The notes: generated by a model from the letters alone, not told the origin. Shown: positions 1 through 9,063, counted from the first letter of the stretch. The stretch: 64,000 bases of DNA from Methanomassiliicoccales archaeon (GCA_038740345.1 JAVYMA010000003.1:1470-65469), one strand, 5' to 3'. Translations and numbers: made by a program.

Positions 1-2
1 TG

Positions 3-233
3 CATTATGGCTCCTCCATAGTCTCGGTGCATGAGGGTGTGCATGAGGAAAAGACGGTAAACCATCTCATGGCCATCGCCGACGGCGTAATTGAACTGCG
101 TTTCGATGAGGAGCTCAACAAGATGCTGCGGGTGCGAAACATGCGTGGATATCCTACCTCCTCCCAATGGATACCTTTCGAAATAAAAGGTGCAGAGCAG
201 CAAAGACCCGCCAACATATTGGAATGGGTATAA
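3..233 (+). CDS. KaiC/RecA-superfamily ATPase, C-terminal end only (gene begins upstream of window)
   Basis: The frame is open from base 3, with no stop before the GTG at 27 used by the ORF track. The tail ADGVIELRFDEE..LRVRNMRGYPTSSQWIPFEIKG resembles the C-terminal K-x-RG ... F-x-I segment of archaeal KaiC-like ATPases (judged by eye). Confidence 0.5.
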   Translation, partial: HYGSSIVSVHEGVHEEKTVNHLMAIADGVIELRFDEELNKMLRVRNMRGYPTSSQWIPFEIKGAEQQRPANILEWV

Positions 234-234
234 G

Positions 235-456
235 TCAGCCTTCCTCGTCTTCTTCATAAACGCCATAGAGCGATTTGCGCAACTGCTCTTTGGCCTTCTC
301 AGTGGCTCTAGAGTATAATTCGCATGTAAACTTCGGGGATACAACACGATCCTTTCTCATGCAGTAAATTAGTCGGCCCCCTATCACACCAACCTCTGGT
401 CTCGAATCGCGATACAAGCACGTAAAGCATAACGGCTTCTTCCGTTCCTCGCTCAC
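235..456 (-). CDS. hypothetical small Cys-containing protein (73 aa)
   Basis: An ORF that fills the gap between neighbouring genes, with an acidic tail. No family recognised. Confidence 0.35.
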   Translation of the reverse strand: MSEERKKPLCFTCLYRDSRPEVGVIGGRLIYCMRKDRVVSPKFTCELYSRATEKAKEQLRKSLYGVYEEDEEG

Positions 457-497
457 AAAAGGCCAAACTCGCTACCTATATATTTTGATTTTCCAGC

Positions 498-1475
498 CTA
501 CTTCAGATGCTCATTCAGGAATGGAACGAAATCCTTGACTTCTAAACCCCCTGCGCGTCTGATGTTTATCACGCAGAAGGGGCACGGCGCCACCAACACC
601 TCGGCCTTAGCCTCCAGTGCCGACATAACCTTGGCTTTAGCTAACGTCAACGATACCTCGGGATGCCCTGCTAGCACTCCTCCCCCTCCCCCGCAACATC
701 GGTCGGGCTCCTCCATTTCAACTAGTCTCACCCCAGGAAGATTTTGCACAATCTCTGTGGCATAATCCATCACATGAGGACCGAGCGTGCGTTTTAAATG
801 GCAAGGCATGTGCAGAGCGACCCTAACTTTCTTCTTTGAAGGGGCGTATGGCAACCTATTGGCACCCACTGATTCATAAAGCAGCTCTATGGTATGCAGC
901 GCCTGCAACCCATACTTTCGATGGAAGTGCGTAGCGCAGCCAGGACATGATGTCACCAGTGTTTCGAAACGGTCGAATGCTTTCAAGTTCTCCTCACGCA
1001 ACAGGAGCAGCCTTTCCTCATCCCCCACCTTCTCTAAGGGGGCGCCGCAGCAGGACCATCTCTCAGGAACGTGGAAGGAGAGACTTACCTTCTTCAATAC
1101 AGTGGCGGTGCTTAGGGCGATATCAGGGAGCCTGCTTTCTGAAATACAGCCTGGAAAGTAAAGCAAGTCCGCTTTAGCTGGCTCGAAAGCTGGGAGTTTT
1201 TGCGACGGGGTCACGGATCGGCGATGAGAGTCTATGTTTCGCAGTATACGCCCATGCCCTTCCAATAACCATTCAGGCGAGAAAAGAGTGCTCCTGATGC
1301 TTAAAATGCGCTCGGTCAAAGGGATATTCGCTGGACACACCTCAGTGCAGCGATAGCAAGCGGTGCACTTGTAGACATTGTCGCGAACAGAGGCCAAATC
1401 CTGAGGAAAGCGCAATGCCTCTACGGCTAGACCCCTTGGTCCTGAGAAACGGGAGAGCCCTTCCCAAGCCACCAC
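498..1475 (-). CDS. glpC: anaerobic glycerol-3-phosphate dehydrogenase subunit C (Fe-S / CCG-domain protein)
   Basis: Contains CTACYRCTEVCP ferredoxin motif and two CCG-type Cys motifs (WSCCGAP, DRCCGGGGG). It lies directly downstream of glpA and glpB. The first ferredoxin motif, CIKCGSCQIACP, is encoded in frame at 1476-1511, upstream of the GTG called by the ORF track, so the true start is probably near 1526 (see findings). Confidence 0.85.
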   Translation of the reverse strand: MVAWEGLSRFSGPRGLAVEALRFPQDLASVRDNVYKCTACYRCTEVCPANIPLTERILSIRSTLFSPEWLLEGHGRILRNIDSHRRSVTPSQKLPAFEPAKADLLYFPGCISESRLPDIALSTATVLKKVSLSFHVPERWSCCGAPLEKVGDEERLLLLREENLKAFDRFETLVTSCPGCATHFHRKYGLQALHTIELLYESVGANRLPYAPSKKKVRVALHMPCHLKRTLGPHVMDYATEIVQNLPGVRLVEMEEPDRCCGGGGGVLAGHPEVSLTLAKAKVMSALEAKAEVLVAPCPFCVINIRRAGGLEVKDFVPFLNEHLK

Positions 1476-1527
1476 GGGACAGGCTATTTGGCAGCTTCCG
1501 CATTTAATGCAGCTGTTATCTGACGTC

Positions 1528-2805
1528 TCAGCTCACCTCCCCAGCGTATTTAGCTGCCACCCAAGCGGTCAGCAGTTCCCCTCCCAAGCCCACACCGGTC
1601 GGGAAAGAGAAGCTCGCTAAAGCCGCTCCTGCGCCAAATGCGTTCTCAAACGGCTTTCCGTCCTTGTCGATGAGGCGCATCTCATTCGTGACTAAGTACC
1701 CACTCTCCACCACCGAGCGCATGAAAGTATCGTATCCCGTTTGCTCAGGCAAGGATTGGATCTCTCCGAATCGGCCCACCTTAAATATCGAGAACGGATC
1801 TATGACCTCTTGTCCTCGAAGAATTAAGCCCCCACCCACCAGATTCCCCGTGGCCAGAATCATGGAGTTGAAGCTCACTCTTTGAGTCCTAGTGGGTGTT
1901 TCTATCCTCGCCGCAACAATGCGAGCACCCTCCACTTGTAGGCGGGTTACCACGCGATCGCAGAAAAGGCGGCAGCCATGATTTATGGCACTGCGTACTA
2001 GCGCCTGCTGTAGGCGCTGCCCAGGCAAGGAAAGAGGGGTGACGAGCTCGAAGACATTCCTGCCTGTCCTGGCACACAATGCTGACATGCCTCGGTGCAG
2101 ATGATGCAGGTCGAATAGCGGAGGTATGGCCACGTTATCCTCCGATAAATCAGAAATGATGGAGGAGATTTCCTCTTGGGCTTCAAGGGAGCGCATAGCC
2201 ATCGATGCCTCTGAGCAGGTCATATCGCCTGACCTGCCTGCAAGACGTAACCTCCTTTGGTGGGCCCGGACCCTTATGTCTTCGAGCCTGCTCTCGCACA
2301 TGAGCGCTACCAATCTAGAATCCAGATCCCTAAATCCTTCCAGCCCGAGGAGAGCCATCCTCTGACCCTGCATCCGATCCAAACGCCCCGAAGCGGTAAA
2401 ATAAGGCGCGATAGAGCATGAATAGATATTTCCAGCGTTGGTTAGCATGTCGAAGAAATTAAAGGCGTCGTCGGTCATCTCAAGCCCTTGATCAGAAAGA
2501 GACCTGAGGAAGAACCTACTTACCTCAGGAAGGATCTCTTCTAAGGATAATGATCCGCGTTCTATAATGTCATTAAAGGGGTGGACCGAAAGGGCTAACG
2601 CCCCAAGGTCAATCCTATTCCGCTCTTGCCTCAATATGTCCTTACGAACGTATGATATGCAACCGGTGGACAAGGATGTGGCCGTCGTCCCTCTCCCGAC
2701 TACCAGGACGTTATTGTCTTTAGCTAGTGCTGAAGCGGCCAGCAGTCCAGAGGCGCCGTGGCCAACCACAAGGATGTCGGTATGCATGGGCTTCAATTCT
2801 TTCAT
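1528..2805 (-). CDS. glpB: anaerobic glycerol-3-phosphate dehydrogenase subunit B
   Basis: FAD-binding N-terminus DILVVGHGASGLLAA and position between glpA and glpC. I place the start at ATG 2805-2803 (MKELKPMHTD...), which overlaps the glpA stop as ATGA. The ORF-track start at 2913 would overlap glpA by 112 nt. Confidence 0.8.
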   Translation of the reverse strand: MKELKPMHTDILVVGHGASGLLAASALAKDNNVLVVGRGTTATSLSTGCISYVRKDILRQERNRIDLGALALSVHPFNDIIERGSLSLEEILPEVSRFFLRSLSDQGLEMTDDAFNFFDMLTNAGNIYSCSIAPYFTASGRLDRMQGQRMALLGLEGFRDLDSRLVALMCESRLEDIRVRAHQRRLRLAGRSGDMTCSEASMAMRSLEAQEEISSIISDLSEDNVAIPPLFDLHHLHRGMSALCARTGRNVFELVTPLSLPGQRLQQALVRSAINHGCRLFCDRVVTRLQVEGARIVAARIETPTRTQRVSFNSMILATGNLVGGGLILRGQEVIDPFSIFKVGRFGEIQSLPEQTGYDTFMRSVVESGYLVTNEMRLIDKDGKPFENAFGAGAALASFSFPTGVGLGGELLTAWVAAKYAGEVS

Positions 2806-4376
2806 GCTGTTCCTTCCCTTACTATAAGGTGATAGGTCCCGGTCAGGAGATACCTCTTCATCACCTCTTGACGTAGCTGTTCCCCTTCCAGGACTGGGAA
2901 CAAACCTTTCCATCTCTCAGAAAGGAAGTCCTCCAGCAACATCTTGGGGTCCTGTTCCATCCTTCTGGCCAAGGCAGACACCATTCTTAGGGCGCACATA
3001 CCTCCTTGACAGTATCCCATGCCTGCCCGGGTTCGGCGCATCAGATCGCTTAAAGTTCTGACGTCAGGGTGTGATGCGAAATATTCCAGCTCCCCTTGCA
3101 GGACCTGCTCGCAAGAACAGGCTACCTCAATACCTTGGGGTCGCTTGAGGCAAAATTCCCCTACTTTTTTACCAGATGGCCCATACTTTCTGAGTAATCG
3201 GCGCCTATAGATTTCCAATACACCCTCCAAATGTGGTTCTCCTTCATCTGAACAGATGGGTTCTGTTCTAGTATGACATGACGATCTCTTTCCTATAGCC
3301 CTGCATACTAGATCGCTTACACGTTCCGCCATGAGGCGATAGGTGGTGAGCTTTCCTCCTACCACACTCATCATGTTCTCTACCCCTTTCTCCGAGTGGT
3401 CGATTATGCGATAACCTCTTTCTGACTTCCTTCCAGAAGGATAAAGAAGGGGCCTGATCCCTGAATAAGCCCTAATAGCTCTTGCCTCAGACACCTTAGG
3501 TATCATCAGTGAGGCTTCTTTAATGAGTAGCTGCACCTCAGCACGGGTGGCGGATACTGACATGGGATGTTCCAGCGGAATGGATGTAGTTCCAATGATG
3601 GTCGAAGAATGGTTGGGAACCAAGATGTCTCCGTCGGAAGGGGGGCGAAGGCGGTTTACAATACTGTTAGTTAACCGGCCATCTAGCACCACCATCGAGC
3701 CCTTATCTGCTCCCAGTCTCAATTCCAGACCAACCATGGCCGCTACCTCTCCAGCCCATGGCCCCGCAGCGTTGACCACCAATTCGGGTTTAACTCTAGA
3801 GCTTTCTCCTGTGAAAGCATCTCGAAAGATGATCTCTTCCACGCTCTGCCCCTTGACCCGCATCGATGTGACGATTTTGTAATTGAGTGTCTCAGCCCCT
3901 GCCTGGCGCGCCGAGTCCAGATTGCTTAGCGTGAGGGAGAAGGGATCGATCGAAGCGTCTTCGACTGCATATGCTGCCACGATGTCATTTGAAATCCATG
4001 GCGCTTTAGCTTTGGTCTCCTGGGGCGTCAAATGCTCACAGGGCACGTTTGTAACTCGGCATGCCTTTTCGAATGCCGATGCGAACCTCTGATCATCCGC
4101 CGGGAGAGAGACAAAGATGCCTCCGCATTCTTCTATGCAAAAGGAGGCCACCCTTTTCAGGATCTTGTTCTCCTCAGCGCATTCCTTGGCAGATATGGGA
4201 TCTGTCACCGCGTACCGAGCACCGCTGTGCAGCATGCCGTGATTCGCTCCAGATGCGCCGCTGCAAAAATCCCCGCGCTCCAACAACAGCACTTCCACGC
4301 CACGTAGCGCCAAGTCTCGGGCAATGCCTGCACCAGTGACACCTCCGCCGATTACGAGGACCTCAACCCTAGCCAA
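2802..4376 (-). CDS. glpA: anaerobic glycerol-3-phosphate dehydrogenase subunit A (FAD-dependent)
   Basis: N-terminal VLVIGGGVTGAGIARDLALRG dinucleotide fold, GANHGMLHSGARY motif, and a C-terminal Cys-containing BFD-like region (CSCEQV ... GYCQGGMC). Confidence 0.88.
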   Translation of the reverse strand: MARVEVLVIGGGVTGAGIARDLALRGVEVLLLERGDFCSGASGANHGMLHSGARYAVTDPISAKECAEENKILKRVASFCIEECGGIFVSLPADDQRFASAFEKACRVTNVPCEHLTPQETKAKAPWISNDIVAAYAVEDASIDPFSLTLSNLDSARQAGAETLNYKIVTSMRVKGQSVEEIIFRDAFTGESSRVKPELVVNAAGPWAGEVAAMVGLELRLGADKGSMVVLDGRLTNSIVNRLRPPSDGDILVPNHSSTIIGTTSIPLEHPMSVSATRAEVQLLIKEASLMIPKVSEARAIRAYSGIRPLLYPSGRKSERGYRIIDHSEKGVENMMSVVGGKLTTYRLMAERVSDLVCRAIGKRSSCHTRTEPICSDEGEPHLEGVLEIYRRRLLRKYGPSGKKVGEFCLKRPQGIEVACSCEQVLQGELEYFASHPDVRTLSDLMRRTRAGMGYCQGGMCALRMVSALARRMEQDPKMLLEDFLSERWKGLFPVLEGEQLRQEVMKRYLLTGTYHLIVREGTA

Positions 4377-4500
4377 ATGACGTTCCCCTCAGTTGTTAGC
4401 TGCGGATTTTCCTTGACCTTCTGCAAATAGATTAGCTTTTCGAAAAACTAGAACGGCATCAACAGCCTTTCTCCTCCTCTATATTCACTGTTGAAAAGAA

Positions 4501-4578
4501 TGGTAGCGGGGGGTCGATTTGAACGACCGATCTCCGGGTTATGAGCCCGACGGGATGTCCTGGCTACCCCACCCCGCT
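4501..4578 (-). tRNA. initiator tRNA-Met (anticodon CAT), CCA encoded
   Basis: The reverse complement AGCGGGGTGGGGTAGCCAGGACATCCCGTCGGGCTCATAACCCGGAGATCGGTCGTTCAAATCGACCCCCCGCTACCA folds as a cloverleaf. It has the A1:U72 pair and the G29-G31:C39-C41 run typical of archaeal initiators, anticodon loop CTCATAA and T-loop TTCAAAT. Confidence 0.9.
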
Positions 4579-4605
4579 CTTGTGGAGAACTCCTAACAGA
4601 GAATT

Positions 4606-4620
4606 CCTTTTTAAACCTTT
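4606..4620 (-). promoter_or_regulatory. BRE/TATA-like promoter element of tRNA-iMet
   Basis: The minus strand reads AAAGGTTTAAAAAGG, with its TATA-like part ending about 29 nt upstream of the mature tRNA 5' end. A nearly identical element precedes tRNA-Glu. Confidence 0.5.
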
Positions 4621-5062
4621 GGTATGTCAACCCTATTCTCCTTTCTTCGGACCTGGGGTTTTCTTATCTAACGTATTTACGGAGCTGTAGGGTAAGGATC
4701 GAACGATTAGAATGATTATTTTAATTAATTATCTTAGCGAGGCGAGAGAATCCCTAGATGCGTTTTGTTTGAGTTAGACGTGCAAGCTGCTATTCCCCTC
4801 TTGAAACGTGCATTTAAAAAGGTGATAAACCTAAGGCTAAAGACTAAATTTTAGAAGCAAATAGATCTGAAATTGTTTACACTTCCTTTTCTTGATTGAA
4901 CTCTTCAGGTAACAGTCAACTTCGTTTTGCATTAAAATTCAGTGAGCTTTATGATTATGTCATATTCATTAATTACATTTTTAAACTAAATTTGAAGTGA
5001 GCTCTTCACCGTTGGTCTAAGACATTCTCAAAGCGAAAAGTTGAGAAAGTTTAAGCCAGGCG

Positions 5063-5404
5063 CTAGAAAAATTTTCTCAGTTTCAGCACATCGTCGATAG
5101 AGCCTTTCACCTTAATCTTCTTCAACGCCCAGGCCTTCATTATCTTCATTTCACCTTTGAAGAGCTTCGTGACTGTATCAGGATCTGAAATGATGGTGAT
5201 ATCTGGCTCAGATATTATTCCCTCGTTCAAACTATTTACTTTTCCCGACTCTAGAGTGAAATAATAGAACTCACAACCCAAGTCCAGTTGTACTTTCTTC
5301 GTTAAGCTGGAGGTCTCTCGACTAAGCTCTGGATCCTTAGCCACCCTCTCATTGAATCGATCGATAGTCTGCTGTAGAATAGGCCTGCAAACCTGATCCG
5401 CCAT
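5063..5404 (-). CDS. SCP2 (sterol-carrier-like) domain protein
   Basis: 113 aa, with the C-terminal pattern FKGEMKIMKAWALKKIKVKGSIDDVLKLRKFF typical of SCP2 domains (judged by eye). Confidence 0.5.
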   Translation of the reverse strand: MADQVCRPILQQTIDRFNERVAKDPELSRETSSLTKKVQLDLGCEFYYFTLESGKVNSLNEGIISEPDITIISDPDTVTKLFKGEMKIMKAWALKKIKVKGSIDDVLKLRKFF

Positions 5405-5407
5405 TCA

Positions 5408-6055
5408 TTACCACTCCCATTCGGTCAGCTTCGCGTTCTTTGAGACTGATAGCCGGCTCCGAACCGTCTCCCAGCTCCTCCGCGTGTGGGGCGGTACATC
5501 CCGCTTTTCCTTTATCCATTTTTCCAAGAATGCTATACTTTTTTCGTCGTGTGAATAGCCGCTTCCAATCTCCGTACCAAGTTCTTGTTCTATCTCTCTC
5601 ATTCTCCGATCGCGTAAGGTCTTCGCGATGATGGATGCCGCAGAGACTACGGGATACTTTTCATCCGCCTTATGCTCACAGATTAAAACGGGTTTATAGG
5701 GGAGTAAGGATTCGATGTTGCGGGCAAAGCGTCGTGGGTCGACGTCGCAAGCATCAGCGAACACGTGCTCTGCTTTGAGCTCGGAGATTAAACTAGCGAA
5801 TTCCTTTACCTCTATTTGGTTTAGGTCTTCTCTTACCATCAATCGGTCCAAGACATCGGCTTCTATTATCCTTACCCTAACCTGGGAAGAGGTAAAGATC
5901 TCTTCGGCCAATCGTTCCCTTCGAGCAGGCGATAGCTGCTTTGAATCCCGAACTTTCATGGCCTTTAGAGTAACGTCATCTGGCACCATAACAGCAGCTA
6001 TCACCAACGGCCCAATGAAAGGCCCCCTACCCGCCTCATCCACGCCGCAGATCAT
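5408..6055 (-). CDS. rnhB: ribonuclease HII
   Basis: N-terminal ICGVDEAGRGPFIGPLVIAAV and downstream DSKQL and ASIIAK motifs of type 2 RNase H. Confidence 0.9.
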   Translation of the reverse strand: MICGVDEAGRGPFIGPLVIAAVMVPDDVTLKAMKVRDSKQLSPARRERLAEEIFTSSQVRVRIIEADVLDRLMVREDLNQIEVKEFASLISELKAEHVFADACDVDPRRFARNIESLLPYKPVLICEHKADEKYPVVSAASIIAKTLRDRRMREIEQELGTEIGSGYSHDEKSIAFLEKWIKEKRDVPPHTRRSWETVRSRLSVSKNAKLTEWEW

Positions 6056-6277
6056 CTGACCACAATCTCAATTGATGTGCCTTAGCCTGAGACAAAATTT
6101 ATTTTCTTTTACCATCAGCGGAACCTGAATGAGGTTTATTCATAATATTTATTGTAATGCCAACCGAAAAAAATGTCAGGAAAAAACCGCGAGGCAGAAA
6201 TATAAACACATTTTTTTGTTTGTGGTCGGCCGGTGGTTCGCAAGCTTGATTTACATATAACCCTTAGTATCAAATCG

Positions 6278-7381
6278 ATGTCAGACGTCTATTTCTCCGA
6301 TTTGCGGGCCGACAGGGAATCACGCAATGTTCCGCATAAGATTGCCAAACTGTTCAAGGCTGCAGGAATCGATAAGACATTCAATAAAGGAGATCTGGTA
6401 GCAATTAAAACTCATTTTGGGGAGCCAGGAAGCCATACTTTCTTGCGACCTCAGTTCTGCGCCAAGGTGGTCGACCTCGTCGCAAAAAAAGGTGGCAGGC
6501 CTTTCCTAACTGATGCCAACACTCTCTACAGGGGAGGTAGGGCGGACGCTGTGGACCACCTTAATTCAGCGGCGAGACACGGATTTTTCCCTCCTGTGAT
6601 CAACGCCCCGATAATAATCGCTGATGGCCTAATTGGAAAGGACCAAAAGGAGATTAGAGTTGATCTTAAACACTGTAAAACTGTTAAAGTTGGTAGCGTG
6701 GCCGTTTACGCTGATTCCATAATATGCGTTACTCATGTCAAGGGTCACATCGCGACCGGCTTCGGGGGAGCCTTGAAGAACTTAGGAATGGGTTTCGGTT
6801 CGCGGGCCGGGAAGCTGGAAATGCATAGTGAAATACATCCTAAGGTTAAGACCTCAAAATGCAGAGGATGTGGTCGTTGCGCAAGGAGCTGTCCCGCAGG
6901 CGCCATCGCTGTTAAGAAAGTCGCTAGGATAGATAAGAATAGATGCATAGGTTGCGGTGAATGCTTCATCACATGTCTCAATGATGCTATTGAAGCTGGA
7001 AAGGATTGCAGTAATGAGAAGACCATGGAGAAGATAGTGGAGTACTGTTATGGCATAATGATGTCGAAAAGGGACAAGATAGGTTTCATATCGTTCGTTA
7101 TGGACTTCACTCCCTTGTGCGACTGCCCCTCATGGAGTGACCTTCCCATAATCCCCGACGTTGGCATCCTAGCTTCTAGAGACATCGTAGCCATAGATCA
7201 AGCAGCAGCGGATCTTGTGAACGCTCAAGCGGGAATCCCTGGGAGTTGCTTGGAAGAAGAGCATTTGCCGCCGGGTAAGGATAAAATCAAAGCTTTAAAA
7301 GGAATAGATTGGACGGTGCAGTTGAGTTATGCGGAGAAGCTTGGATTAGGCTCAAGGAGCTATAACCTAATTCGGATTTGA
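6278..7381 (+). CDS. DUF362-type protein with inserted 2x[4Fe-4S] ferredoxin domain
   Basis: MSDVYFSDLRA... N-terminus and two CxxCxxCxxxC motifs (CRGCGRCARSCP, CIGCGECFITC). The ORF track starts at GTG 6233; ATG 6278 matches where family members usually begin. Confidence 0.65.
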   Translation: MSDVYFSDLRADRESRNVPHKIAKLFKAAGIDKTFNKGDLVAIKTHFGEPGSHTFLRPQFCAKVVDLVAKKGGRPFLTDANTLYRGGRADAVDHLNSAARHGFFPPVINAPIIIADGLIGKDQKEIRVDLKHCKTVKVGSVAVYADSIICVTHVKGHIATGFGGALKNLGMGFGSRAGKLEMHSEIHPKVKTSKCRGCGRCARSCPAGAIAVKKVARIDKNRCIGCGECFITCLNDAIEAGKDCSNEKTMEKIVEYCYGIMMSKRDKIGFISFVMDFTPLCDCPSWSDLPIIPDVGILASRDIVAIDQAAADLVNAQAGIPGSCLEEEHLPPGKDKIKALKGIDWTVQLSYAEKLGLGSRSYNLIRI

Positions 7382-7522
7382 CTATATTGATTACCAAAAT
7401 CTTATAGGCTACCAAAAATGTGGTTATTGGATTAGTGTTTAAGAACCAGCGATAAATCTGCTCATGGTGATAGAATCTCCCTTTCAGACGTTCAAAGCCG
7501 GCGTCTTCTGAACGGTTTCAAA

Positions 7523-8395
7523 TTGACGCGCGTAGGCGTGACCGAAGTACGAAAGCAGGTGACCGTTCAAAGATCTGGGGCAGCCTGTTGCCTGAATTGC
7601 GTCCTGGATGTATTCGTAGACCTTCCTTCGAATCTCAGGGGATCACATCTTTCAAGAAACCTTGAAGTCATAGAGGAAGTGCTGGCGTCGAGCGCGGAAG
7701 AACCTGTACCCGGCCTAGAGATCCTTGCCGCCAATATTTGTCGCGGTCTCTTAGAAAAGCATAGTTACGCATCATATGCTGAAGTGACTGTGAATGCGGA
7801 CTACTTCTTAGACCGAAAGAATCCCAGCGGCAGGCTGACTAGAGAGATGTACAAATTAGTAGCGAAGGCCAGCTCTAAAAGAGGGAATGGGCTCAAGAAG
7901 ATGATAGGAGCCCAGGCCATAGGCATGACAGCTTGCCCCTGCGCCATGGAGACCGTGAGGGAACAAGTAGGGGATAAGATACGGTTGGATGGTCGATTTC
8001 CTACCATCTCGCATAACCAAAGGAATGTATCTACCCTGATGGTCGAGGTGCCTGAGCAGTGTGATGTGGAAGCTAACGACCTAATAGAGATACTCGAGGA
8101 ATCCTTTTCATCGCCTACGTATGAGATATTGAAACGCTCGGACGAAGCTTTCGTGGTAATAAAAGCTCATTCCAACCCAAAGTTCGTTGAAGATGTGGTC
8201 CGAGATATCCTGACCAAGGTATTGAAAAGGTATTCTGATTTACCTGACGACGTAATAGTCACAGCCAGAAGCGAGAGCCTGGAATCCATCCATAAGCACA
8301 ACGCTTTCGCCGAACGCGTGACCACGTTAGGGGAGCTTAGGGGGCGCTCAACTCGAGAGGCGAGTGAACTTGAGAACCGGAGCGGATGCTCCTGA
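7523..8395 (+). CDS. mptA: GTP cyclohydrolase, FolE2/MptA family
   Basis: Family motifs present: RGSHLSRN, GMTACPCAME, SHNQRN. The conserved N-terminal DVQ...VGV segment (LSDVQSRRLLNGFKLTRVGV) is encoded in frame upstream of the TTG called at 7523, so the true start is probably near 7475 (see findings). Confidence 0.8.
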   Translation: MTRVGVTEVRKQVTVQRSGAACCLNCVLDVFVDLPSNLRGSHLSRNLEVIEEVLASSAEEPVPGLEILAANICRGLLEKHSYASYAEVTVNADYFLDRKNPSGRLTREMYKLVAKASSKRGNGLKKMIGAQAIGMTACPCAMETVREQVGDKIRLDGRFPTISHNQRNVSTLMVEVPEQCDVEANDLIEILEESFSSPTYEILKRSDEAFVVIKAHSNPKFVEDVVRDILTKVLKRYSDLPDDVIVTARSESLESIHKHNAFAERVTTLGELRGRSTREASELENRSGCS

Positions 8396-9063
8396 TTAAG
8401 GCCGCGGCCTTTGATGTTGACGGGACCCTCACCGATGGCAGGAAGTGGATACAACCTCAAGCGATAGAGGCTTTGCGCAAAGTGCAGGCAAATGGATACC
8501 ATGTCATGATCGCCAGTGGTAATGTCCTTCCCGTCGTGTTCGGTCTGGCTTCCTTCATCGGTGTGAAGGGACCCCTAATCGCTGAGAATGGAGGTATAGT
8601 ATACTATAAGGAAAAGGTATACAAACTTCAAAACGGCACCATCCCCTTGCAGGCCTGGGAGTATTTGAAGCAGAGGATGCCTGAGGCAGAGAGACTCTTT
8701 ACCGACCATTGGAGAGAAACTGAAGTAGCTTTGAAGCGGTCCTGCGATGTGGAAAAAGTTAAGAAAATCCTTCAAGACTGGCCAATAGAAGTGGAAGTAA
8801 CAGGCTTCGCCATACATATCATGGAGCCAGGGCACAGTAAGCTCAACGGCGTGCGCAAGGGTTGCGAGCTGTTGGGGATAGATTTGGAAAACGTAGTAGC
8901 ATTTGGCGATTCGGACAATGATGTGCGTATGCTCAGAGGTGTGGGATTTGGAGTCGCAGTAGCCAACGCCTCACTCATGGCCAAGCAGGCAGCTGACTTG
9001 GTGACGGAAGCAGAGCATGCTGACGGTGTAATCGAAGGTCTTCGCAAGCTAGGCATGTTATAG
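8386..9063 (+). CDS. HAD-superfamily phosphatase, archaeal phosphoglycolate phosphatase type
   Basis: DVDGTLTD (HAD motif I), SGN, and GDSDNDVRM (motif IV). Overall resemblance, as I recall it, to Thermoplasma TA0175-type PGP. The start overlaps the mptA end by 10 nt. Confidence 0.7.
   Translation: MLLIKAAAFDVDGTLTDGRKWIQPQAIEALRKVQANGYHVMIASGNVLPVVFGLASFIGVKGPLIAENGGIVYYKEKVYKLQNGTIPLQAWEYLKQRMPEAERLFTDHWRETEVALKRSCDVEKVKKILQDWPIEVEVTGFAIHIMEPGHSKLNGVRKGCELLGIDLENVVAFGDSDNDVRMLRGVGFGVAVANASLMAKQAADLVTEAEHADGVIEGLRKLGML

Noticed and set aside
1528-1535. A programmed prfB-like +1 frameshift at the glpB stop (an SD immediately upstream of TGA) fusing GlpB and GlpC.
   Set aside because: The P-site codon AGC cannot re-pair in the +1 frame as the CUU-U of prfB does. 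I keep it only as an alternative in the glpC finding.
2806-2913. The 5' extension of glpB given by the ORF track (start 2913). Analogous extensions: gatB from 15541, porA from 25351, top6A from 46404.
   Set aside because: These extensions run inside the upstream gene. Internal starts with SD motifs and ATGA/TTGA-type overlaps reproduce the N-termini seen in homologs.
4448-4630. A 60-aa ORF in the ORF track.
   Set aside because: It is the translation of the initiator tRNA gene and its flanks.
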